Positions 8,637 to 15,512 of a DNA stretch of 32,000 nt are shown piece by piece. The notes beneath the pieces were generated by a model. The model saw nothing but the letters and a program-made list of their open reading frames with translations, ran no database searches and was not told the DNA's origin. This DNA comes from Mycolicibacterium smegmatis. GTDB taxonomy: Bacteria; Actinomycetota; Actinomycetes; Mycobacteriales; Mycobacteriaceae. Position numbers and translations under genes: made by a program. The stretch spans positions 6,720,001 through 6,752,000 of the forward strand of contig NZ_LN831039.1 of assembly GCF_001457595.1 (NCBI RefSeq), in the 5' to 3' direction. Numbering within the stretch: position 1 is the stretch's first letter; every line of letters begins with the position of its first letter.

Positions 8637-8722
8637 AACGTTCGACATACCTCTATATCGACAACGGCATGCGAATTACTCCCGTTCACCACGTTTCACA
8701 AAACGTTCGAGAAACGTTTCGA
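8637..8722. promoter_or_regulatory. Repeated AACGTT(T)CGA boxes in the divergent LysR/MBL intergenic region (candidate LTTR operator)
   Basis: AACGTTCGA at 8637-8645 and 8702-8710, and AACGTTTCGA at 8713-8722. ACGTTTC (8691), AACGTTC (8702) and AACGTTTC (8713) are spaced 11 nt apart. GAAACGTTTC at 8711-8720 is a perfect 10-bp palindrome. Confidence 0.35.
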
Positions 8723-8755
8723 GAGAACACCGCACCACGTGCCGCAGGAGGAACC

Positions 8756-9664
8756 ATGCCGCCACTCGAGCAGAACACCATCGGCAACGGCGGGGACCGT
8801 GCCGCCGTCCGGAGCCTGACGTTCGACGACATCACCGTCACCTACGTCGTGGACGGTGTGATCGCCCTGCGCCCCGAGGTCTTCTTCCCCGCAGTCCCCG
8901 CCGACGCCTGGACGGAGCTGGTGACCGCCGGCGGGGAGCTGTTGATGAGCGCCGGTGGTCTTCTGGTCGAGATCGCCGGGTCCACAGTGCTGATCGACGC
9001 GGGCGTCGGCCGGATGACCGAAACACTGTCGTTCGGCGGCGTCGACTGCGGCTCGCTGATCGACGTGCTCGGGGCGCTCGGCGTGCCACCCGGCGACATC
9101 GACGTGGTGGCGTTCACGCACCTGCATTTCGACCATGCCGGTTGGGCATTCACCGATGGCACCAAAACCTTTCCCAACGCGCGTTACGTGGTGGCGGCCG
9201 ACGAACTCGCGCCGTACGGCACCGCCGAGCGCAATGACGATCCGACGGCACCGTGGGACGCCATCACGCGACTGGCCGGTGGCGAGCACGACGTCGTGAC
9301 CGTCCAGGACGGGGAGCAGGTCGTGCCGGGTGTGCACGCGGTCGTCACAGGTGGTCATACGCCGGGCCACACCTCCTACGTCGTCACCTCGGCCGCCGGT
9401 CAGCGACTCGTCGTGTTCGGCGACGCGTTCCATACGCCGGCCCAGCTCTCACATCTGCACTGGCTGTCGTCGGTGGACCCGGACGACGGGAGTGTCCTAC
9501 GCGCCCGGCTTCGCCTGCTCACCGAGCTCGACCGGCCTGACACCGTCGGATTCGCGTTCCATTTCGGTGATCAACCGTTCGGCCGGGTCGTCACCGACGC
9601 CTCGGGCGTCAGGGTGTGGGAACCGGTGGCATCGCAGTTGGTGGCGCCCCCGCCACGTCGGTAG
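8756..9664 (+). CDS. MBL-fold metallo-hydrolase (lactonase-like)
   Basis: ATG 8756 with GGAGGA at 8747-8752. Metallo-beta-lactamase zinc motif THLHFDHAGW, and later H residues (GGHTPGH). 302 aa. Confidence 0.85.
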   Translation: MPPLEQNTIGNGGDRAAVRSLTFDDITVTYVVDGVIALRPEVFFPAVPADAWTELVTAGGELLMSAGGLLVEIAGSTVLIDAGVGRMTETLSFGGVDCGSLIDVLGALGVPPGDIDVVAFTHLHFDHAGWAFTDGTKTFPNARYVVAADELAPYGTAERNDDPTAPWDAITRLAGGEHDVVTVQDGEQVVPGVHAVVTGGHTPGHTSYVVTSAAGQRLVVFGDAFHTPAQLSHLHWLSSVDPDDGSVLRARLRLLTELDRPDTVGFAFHFGDQPFGRVVTDASGVRVWEPVASQLVAPPPRR

Positions 9665-9670
9665 CGGCCT

Positions 9671-10141
9671 TCACTGCGCGCGGGCATGCAGGGCCTCTCC
9701 GAGGCTCCACACCGAGACCCCGATCAGCACAAGGTCTTTGAGCAGGAACTGCCCCGGCATCCCGGACAGCACCGGAATCGGACCCGCATGGGTCGCGATG
9801 ACGCCGGGGGTGGTGAACAGGAAGCTCAGCGTGCCGAGGAACAGCACGATGGCCATCGCGCTGCCGATCACCGTCGCACGTGCCGAAAACGGGCGCGCAG
9901 CAATGAGAATCGCGGCGACGATCTCAGCGGTGCCCAGGCAGTACGCGACCGCGGTGACGCTGAGGAAGTCGTACAGCCAGCTCATCAGCGGGCTGTGCTC
10001 GATGAGCACGCGGCTCTCCATCTTCACGTACTTGCCCACCCCGATCCAGGCGAGCACGATCACCAGGCCGTACCGGCAGATCATCTGCCCGGTTGTGGTG
10101 ATGCGATCTGCGAGCACACGGTCCGCGGCGGTGATGGTCAT
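9671..10141 (-). CDS. DUF417 (YkgB/RclC-like) integral membrane protein
   Basis: 156 aa with four hydrophobic helices. The layout and motifs (CRYGLVIVLAWIGVGKY...EHSPLMSW...GTAEI) resemble the DUF417 family. Its start overlaps the anti-sigma stop (ATGA, 10138-10141). Confidence 0.75.
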   Translation of the reverse strand: MTITAADRVLADRITTTGQMICRYGLVIVLAWIGVGKYVKMESRVLIEHSPLMSWLYDFLSVTAVAYCLGTAEIVAAILIAARPFSARATVIGSAMAIVLFLGTLSFLFTTPGVIATHAGPIPVLSGMPGQFLLKDLVLIGVSVWSLGEALHARAQ

Positions 10142-10374
10142 CGATCAGCTCCTTCGACTCCGGCGTCTTCGGCAGCGATGGCGGCCAGCAGTCCGTCGAA
10201 GTCCTCCGCGCACGGGCCACACGCACACAGATGCGCAGCGACCCCCGGATACCGGTGGGCGCGTAGGCCAACCGGCAGTTCGGCGTAGATGTGCAGAACC
10301 TCCATCGCCTCATCGCAACCGACGTCGCGCGGATCGGTCGTGAGAAACCGCTGAATTCGGGTCCATTCGGTCAC
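10138..10374 (-). CDS. Soluble zinc-binding (ZAS, RsrA/RshA-like) anti-sigma factor
   Basis: 78 aa with no TM segment. HxxxCxxC motif (H48-LCA-C52-GP-C55) plus upstream C20, as in redox-sensing ZAS anti-sigma factors. GTG 10374 overlaps the stop of the sigma region-4 reading frame (GTGA, 10371-10374). Confidence 0.7.
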   Translation of the reverse strand: MTEWTRIQRFLTTDPRDVGCDEAMEVLHIYAELPVGLRAHRYPGVAAHLCACGPCAEDFDGLLAAIAAEDAGVEGADR

Positions 10375-10993
10375 GGTCGTTCCAATGCCACGTGGTTGGT
10401 CAGATACTCGTTGGTGACGAGGAATTCGCGGATCTTACGTCGCGCGTCGAAAATCGTTTTGTAGATCGCGTTCCGGCTCACACCGAGTTTGACGACCAGA
10501 GCGTCCAGCGGTGTGCCCTGGATGACGATGGCACGAACATCTGCCGCTGCCGCTCGGTCAGGGTTGCCTCGACAGCGCGCTTGATCGCCGCGGACAACTC
10601 GGCGGCCTCGGCGTGCTCGCTCGGATCGATGCCGAAGCGCTCGGGCAGCCGGTTCCAGTCCTCGGTGTCGAGCGCCACGGGCGGATGACACCAGTGGTGG
10701 CGGCCGATCTTGTGTGCGACTTCGAGGATGACGAACTTGTACGCCCACGTGGTGAAGCGACTCTCGCCGCGGAAGCTGTCGAGCTTGCCGAGGATCGACA
10801 GTGTCGCGTCGGACGCGGCCTGCTGGGCGATGTCGTCGAGTTCGCTGCCCGTGATGGCGGTGTGACGCCGGTGCACTTCGCGTCGGGCCACCCGCAACAG
10901 CCTCTCGTGCAGGCGCTCGATCGCGGTCCTGCGGTCAGCAGGGCATGCGCCGGCGTCGAGAAGCCGCAACCACTCGCGGGACTCGGCGTCCAC
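10371..10993 (-). pseudogene. ECF-type sigma-70 family factor interrupted by a 1-nt frameshift
   Basis: ORF 10478..10993 carries region 2 (DDIAQQAASDATLSILGKLDSFRGESRFTTWAYKFVILEVAHK) up to ...TLTERQRQMFV. Region 4 (AIVIQGTPLDALVVKLGVSRNAIYKTIFDARRKIREFL) continues in another frame (ORF 10371..10748). On the coding strand the junction reads CAGATGTTCGTGCCATCGTC. One extra base in GTG(G)CC would restore MFVAIVIQG. The junction lies at about 10527-10535 on the plus strand. Confidence 0.75.
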
Positions 10994-11128
10994 CCAAGCT
11001 CCTCACAATCGTCGTCGTCGGAATCAACGAGGCACCCTCTCGCATGGTTCGTGCCCCCCGACGCGGCCCGGTCTTACCGTGTGACCCGAAAACTTTCGCC
11101 GTAAGAAGACCCGTCCGGCAGGGCACCA

Positions 11129-11614
11129 ATGTGTATGAGCCTGCTACATCCCGGCAAGAAGTTCCCGCACCTTCGTGTGACGCCACCTGCGGCCCCGGCC
11201 ATCGACCTGCCTGACCACTTCGAAGACCGCTTCGGAGTGGTGCTTTTCTTCCGCGGCGCGTGGTGCCCCTACTGTGTCGCCCAGCTACGTGCCTTCGACC
11301 ATGCCACGGACAAACTGCGCGAGAACCTGATCGACGTGGTGGCGATGTCGGTCGACCACGAGGCCACCACCGCGAAACTGATCGCCGAGCACGGACTGCG
11401 GTTCCCGGTCGGGCACAGCGCCGACGCCCGCACGGTCGCCGAACAGACCGGCGCCTTCGTCAACGCCGAACCGTTGCACCTGCAGTCGACGGGGTTCGTC
11501 CTCGATCCTGCCGGGCGCGTCACGGTCAGTGTCTACTCGAGCGGCGCGATCGGCCGGTTGGTGCCGGCTGATGTCATCGGGATGGTCCGCTATTTGCGAG
11601 AACACTCCGCGTGA
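11129..11614 (+). CDS. Thioredoxin-fold peroxiredoxin-like protein (AhpC/TSA/redoxin family)
   Basis: 161 aa. VVLFFRGAWCPYCVAQLRAF is a CxxC-type redoxin active site in AhpC/TSA context. Alternative start at ATG 11135. Confidence 0.75.
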   Translation: MCMSLLHPGKKFPHLRVTPPAAPAIDLPDHFEDRFGVVLFFRGAWCPYCVAQLRAFDHATDKLRENLIDVVAMSVDHEATTAKLIAEHGLRFPVGHSADARTVAEQTGAFVNAEPLHLQSTGFVLDPAGRVTVSVYSSGAIGRLVPADVIGMVRYLREHSA

Positions 11615-12705
11615 GGTTCACGCTGGACCACTCGGCGGGACGATGGCGGTTCCGTGGCCCCGACGGTGATCCGTTCCTGTCGATCGGCGTCGTCCACGCC
11701 GACGACACCAATCTGCGCTACCCGCACAACATGGGCATCTTCACGGCGCGATACGGGGCATCGCGGCGACGCTGGCTGCGGGAGGGCCTGGTGCCGGAGA
11801 TGACGTCGTGGGGGTTCAACACGCTCGGCTGGACATCGGAGTACGTCAGCGGTTCCGGGCTGGCCACCGACGGAGGTGCCGTCGACCTCGGCCACTCCGA
11901 AGGGCTTCCCGCCGACGACGTGGCCGCGCTCGGGATCCCGTACACACTGTCGCTGCGGGTCGCCGAGATCGAGCACTGGAACGGCCATCCGGCGTACCGG
12001 GACCCGCGTGGGCCCGCGTTCGCGCAGTGGTGTGACCACCTCGCCAGGATCACGTGCCGTCCCGACGACCCGAACCTACTGGGGTACTTCCTGGTCGACG
12101 TACCGTGCTGGGGCCGCCATCCCACAGGCGCCGGGTACCCGCCCGATGAGCTCGTGGCGATAGCCGACGCCTACTACCGCACCGCCACCGAGGCCATTCG
12201 CAGGCACGATCCGCACCATCTGATCCTGGGGGATCGCTACGGCACCCGGCATCCGGTGCCCGACGCGGTACTCGACGCCGCGGCGCCCTACGTCGACGTG
12301 CTGTCGGTGCAGACTTTTCCGGGGCCGGGTGCCGATCGGCTCCACGCCGCGCTGGAGATCATCGAGCGCTGGCATGTGCGGACCGGCAGGCCCGTGCTGA
12401 TCGCCGACACCGGCAACTGGTGCCCGACGGTGATGCGCCCGGACCGCACGGGCTGGGCGAGCGACCAGCGTGACCGCGGCGCCGGCTACGCCGCGGCGGC
12501 CGAGGCGTTCACCGCGCGGCGGTGGTGCCTGGGCTGGCACTGGTGCGGTTGGCTGGAGAATCCACATCGCGGGTTCGGGCTCAAGGATCCCTGGGACGAG
12601 CCCTACACCGACCTCACCGAGGTCGTCAGGCAGACGAATCTTCGGCTGTCGACAGCCGGAACTCCGAGAAGTCCAACGACACCAGCAGCCGGTCGCGGTG
12701 GATGA
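11611..12705 (+). CDS. Hypothetical protein, probably a TIM-barrel glycoside-hydrolase-like fold; no signal peptide
   Basis: 364 aa with good GC3 except in the last ~27 codons. GTG 11611 overlaps the upstream stop (GTGA). The W/H/D-rich pattern (GFNTLGW, LGDRYG, WCGWLEN) resembles GH-clan-A-like proteins. The function call is weak. Confidence 0.6.
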   Translation: MRFTLDHSAGRWRFRGPDGDPFLSIGVVHADDTNLRYPHNMGIFTARYGASRRRWLREGLVPEMTSWGFNTLGWTSEYVSGSGLATDGGAVDLGHSEGLPADDVAALGIPYTLSLRVAEIEHWNGHPAYRDPRGPAFAQWCDHLARITCRPDDPNLLGYFLVDVPCWGRHPTGAGYPPDELVAIADAYYRTATEAIRRHDPHHLILGDRYGTRHPVPDAVLDAAAPYVDVLSVQTFPGPGADRLHAALEIIERWHVRTGRPVLIADTGNWCPTVMRPDRTGWASDQRDRGAGYAAAAEAFTARRWCLGWHWCGWLENPHRGFGLKDPWDEPYTDLTEVVRQTNLRLSTAGTPRSPTTPAAGRGG

Positions 12706-12934
12706 TCCCGTCGTCGGTGCGCAGGTACGCCCGCCGCGCGGTGGGCCACCTCAGACCCTCGACGTCGGTGTAGAAGTGCAGGTACTGGCTGACGCCGAAG
12801 CTGCCCGCGATGTCCACGCGGTAGTCGTGGCGGCGTAGCAGGCGGGGTGTACTTGTTCCTTCATGGACGCGGTGTACACGTCCAGGCCGACGGTTGTCCA
12901 TCGCGGAGATGCGCGTGAGGCTGCTCGCTTCCAT
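12626..12934 (-). CDS. Small hypothetical protein (about 63-102 aa, start uncertain)
   Basis: This is the 3'-terminal part of track ORF 12626..14167. I counted third-position G+C above 90% over codons LLRRHDYRVDIAGSFGVSQYLHFYTDVEGLRWPTARRAYLRTDDGIIHRDRLLVSLDFSEF. The overlapping tail of the plus-strand gene has poor GC3. Candidate starts are ATG 12934, ATG 12901, or the in-frame GTG of the RVD codons. I recognise no family. Confidence 0.55.
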   Translation of the reverse strand: MEASSLTRISAMDNRRPGRVHRVHEGTSTPRLLRRHDYRVDIAGSFGVSQYLHFYTDVEGLRWPTARRAYLRTDDGIIHRDRLLVSLDFSEFRLSTAEDSSA

Positions 12935-12946
12935 AGGCTTCGTGTC

Positions 12947-14299
12947 ATGACAGCCACGTTGACGGGCGGACCCGATCTGCAGCAGGCCCGCCGGATCCTG
13001 ACCGAAATCCCCGGCCCACGGTCCCGTGACCTGGCCGAACGCCGCAACGCCGCGCTCCCGGCCGGCCTGGCGAGCGGGGCGGGGGTCTACATCGCCGCCG
13101 CAGGCGGCGGCGTGGTCGTGGACGTCGACGGCAATTCGTTCATCGATCTGGGCAGCGGCATCGCGGTCACCACGGTCGGCAACGCCGCACCTGCGGTCGT
13201 CTCGCGCGCGGGCAGCCAACTCGCGCAGTACACGCACACGTGCTTCCTGAACGTGCCCTACGAGCCGTACATCGAGGTCGCCGAGCGTCTCAATGCCCTG
13301 ACCCCGGGCGATCACCAGAAGCGCACCGCGCTGTTCAGCACGGGCGCCGAGGCCGTGGAAAACGCCGTCAAGTACGCACGCGCCCACACCGGTCGCGACG
13401 CGGTCGTGGTGTTCGACCACGCCTTCCACGGCCGGTCGCTGCTCACCATGACCATGACGGCCAAGAACCAGCCCTACAAGCACGGGTTCGGTCCGTTCGC
13501 CCCCGAGGTCTACCGCGCGCCCATGGCCTATCCCTACCGGTGGCCGTCGGGGCCCGAAAACTGCGCGGCCGAGGCGTTCGACCTGTTCACCACCCTGATC
13601 GACGCGCAGATCGGCGCAGATCAGGTGGCCTGCGTCGTGGTCGAACCCATCCAGGGCGAGGGCGGCTTCATCGTTCCCGCCGAGGGGTTCCTGCAGAAGG
13701 TCGCCGACTTCTGCCGTGAGCGCGGCATCCTGGTGGTGGCCGACGAGGTGCAGACCGGTATCGCGCGCACCGGCGCGTGGTTCGCGTGCGAGCACGAGGA
13801 CCTGGTCCCCGACCTCATCACCACCGCCAAGGGCCTGGGCGGCGGCCTGCCGCTGGCGGCGGTCACCGGCCGCGCCGAGATCATGGACGCCGCGCACGCG
13901 GGCGGCATCGGCGGCACCTACGCGGGCAACCCCGTCGCGTGCGCCGCGGCGCTCGGCGTGTTCGACGAGATCGAGCAGAACGGCCTGATCGAGCGCGCCC
14001 GCGCCATCGGCGAGGTGATCGTGGCAGAACTGCGCAGCATCGCCTCCACCACCGGCCTCATCGGCGAAATTCGCGGCCGCGGCGCCATGATCGCCGTCGA
14101 GCTGATCAAGCCCGGCACGCGCGAACCCAACAAGGAAGCCGTCGCCGCGCTGGCCAAGCACTGCCACGACAACGGTGTACTGACCTTGACGGCAGGCACT
14201 TTCGGCAACGTCCTGCGTTTCCTGCCGCCGCTGACCATCACCGACGAACTGCTCGTCGACGCCTTCGGCGTCATCCGCGACGGCTTCGCCGCCCTCTAG
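12947..14299 (+). CDS. gabT: Class-III PLP aminotransferase, 4-aminobutyrate/5-aminovalerate:2-oxoglutarate transaminase
   Basis: ATG 12947 gives the canonical GabT N-terminus (GGPDLQQARRILTEIPGPRS). It also carries DEVQTGIARTG and the PLP-lysine block TTAKGLGGGLPL. 450 aa. Confidence 0.92.
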   Translation: MTATLTGGPDLQQARRILTEIPGPRSRDLAERRNAALPAGLASGAGVYIAAAGGGVVVDVDGNSFIDLGSGIAVTTVGNAAPAVVSRAGSQLAQYTHTCFLNVPYEPYIEVAERLNALTPGDHQKRTALFSTGAEAVENAVKYARAHTGRDAVVVFDHAFHGRSLLTMTMTAKNQPYKHGFGPFAPEVYRAPMAYPYRWPSGPENCAAEAFDLFTTLIDAQIGADQVACVVVEPIQGEGGFIVPAEGFLQKVADFCRERGILVVADEVQTGIARTGAWFACEHEDLVPDLITTAKGLGGGLPLAAVTGRAEIMDAAHAGGIGGTYAGNPVACAAALGVFDEIEQNGLIERARAIGEVIVAELRSIASTTGLIGEIRGRGAMIAVELIKPGTREPNKEAVAALAKHCHDNGVLTLTAGTFGNVLRFLPPLTITDELLVDAFGVIRDGFAAL

Positions 14300-14318
14300 A
14301 AATCACCAGGAGCTCACC

Positions 14319-15512
14319 ATGACCCTCACCGCACCCACGAAGAAGTCCACCTACGCCCCGCTCGAGCTGTTCGACACCGACCGCCTGCTCGACCAGGACG
14401 AGCGCGACATCGCCGCAACCGTGCGACAGTTCGTCGACACCCGGCTGAAGCCCAACATCGAGGGCTGGTTCGAATCGGCCACTCTCCCACGCGAACTCGC
14501 TAAGGAGTTCGGCAATCTCGGTGTGCTGGGCATGCACCTGCAGGGTTACGGCTGCGCGGGCACCAACGCCGTGAGCTACGGCCTGGCCTGCATGGAACTC
14601 GAGGCAGGCGACAGCGGCTTCCGCAGCTTCGTGTCAGTGCAGGGTTCGCTGTCGATGTTCTCGATCTACCGCTACGGGTCCGAAGAGCAGAAGAACGAGT
14701 GGCTGCCCCGCCTTGCCGCGGGCGACGCCGTCGGCTGCTTCGGTCTGACCGAACCCGACTTCGGCTCCAACCCTGCCGGTATGCGCACCCGTGCGCGCCG
14801 CGACGGCAGCGACTGGATCCTCAACGGCACCAAGATGTGGATCACCAACGGCAACCTGGCTGACGTCGCCACGGTGTGGGCGCAGACCGACGACGGCATC
14901 CGCGGCTTCCTGGTTCCCACCGACACACCGGGATTCACCGCCAACGCGATCCACCGCAAGCTCTCGCTGCGCGCCTCGGTGACCTCCGAACTGGTGCTCG
15001 ACAACGTGCGCCTGCCCGCGTCGGCCCAGCTGCCGCTGGCCGAGGGCCTCTCGGCTCCGCTGTCGTGCCTCAACGAGGCCCGGTTCGGCATCGTGTTCGG
15101 CGCGCTGGGCGCCGCACGCGACAGCCTGGAGACCACGATCGCCTACACGCAGTCACGCGAGGTGTTCGACAAGCCGCTGTCGAATTACCAGCTGACGCAG
15201 GAGAAGCTGGCCAACATGACCGTCGAGCTGGGCAAGGGCATGCTGCTGGCCATCCACCTGGGCCGCATCAAGGACGCCGAGGGTGTGCGCCCCGAGCAGA
15301 TCAGCCTGGGCAAGCTCAACAATGTCCGCGAGGCCATCGCGATCGCCCGCGAGTGCCGGACCCTGTTGGGCGGCAGCGGGATCACGCTCGAGTACTCGCC
15401 GCTGCGTCACGCCAACAACCTGGAGTCGGTGCTCACCTACGAGGGCACCTCCGAGATGCATCTGCTGTCCATCGGCAAGGCGCTCACCGGAAAGGCGGCG
15501 TTCCGCGCATGA
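14319..15512 (+). CDS. gcdH: Glutaryl-CoA dehydrogenase
   Basis: AGGAG lies 6 nt upstream of ATG 14319. Near-colinear similarity to GCDH as I recall it: GVLGMHLQGYGCAG..VSYGL...ELE..DSGFRSF.SVQ.SL...IY.YGSEEQ...LP.LA.G...GCFGLTEP..GS.P..M.T.A......LNG.K.WITN...AD..VWA; LSLRAS.T...LDNV..P; YEGT..MH.L..G.A.TG..AF. Confidence 0.92.
   Translation: MTLTAPTKKSTYAPLELFDTDRLLDQDERDIAATVRQFVDTRLKPNIEGWFESATLPRELAKEFGNLGVLGMHLQGYGCAGTNAVSYGLACMELEAGDSGFRSFVSVQGSLSMFSIYRYGSEEQKNEWLPRLAAGDAVGCFGLTEPDFGSNPAGMRTRARRDGSDWILNGTKMWITNGNLADVATVWAQTDDGIRGFLVPTDTPGFTANAIHRKLSLRASVTSELVLDNVRLPASAQLPLAEGLSAPLSCLNEARFGIVFGALGAARDSLETTIAYTQSREVFDKPLSNYQLTQEKLANMTVELGKGMLLAIHLGRIKDAEGVRPEQISLGKLNNVREAIAIARECRTLLGGSGITLEYSPLRHANNLESVLTYEGTSEMHLLSIGKALTGKAAFRA

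Noticed and set aside
10520-10545. Programmed ribosomal frameshifting, or a phase-variable tract, at the sigma-factor frameshift.
   Set aside because: The site (CAGATGTTCGTGCCATCGTC) has no X-XXY-YYZ slippery heptamer, no homopolymer or short tandem repeat, and no obvious downstream stimulatory structure. A simple indel, either a mutation or a sequencing error, is the more economical explanation.
11020-11050. A SigH/SigE/SigR-type promoter (GGAAT ... GTT) on the plus strand of the sigma/redoxin spacer.
   Set aside because: GGAAT (11020-11024) and the next GTT (11047-11049) are separated by 22 nt, well outside the 16-18 nt spacing these promoters need.
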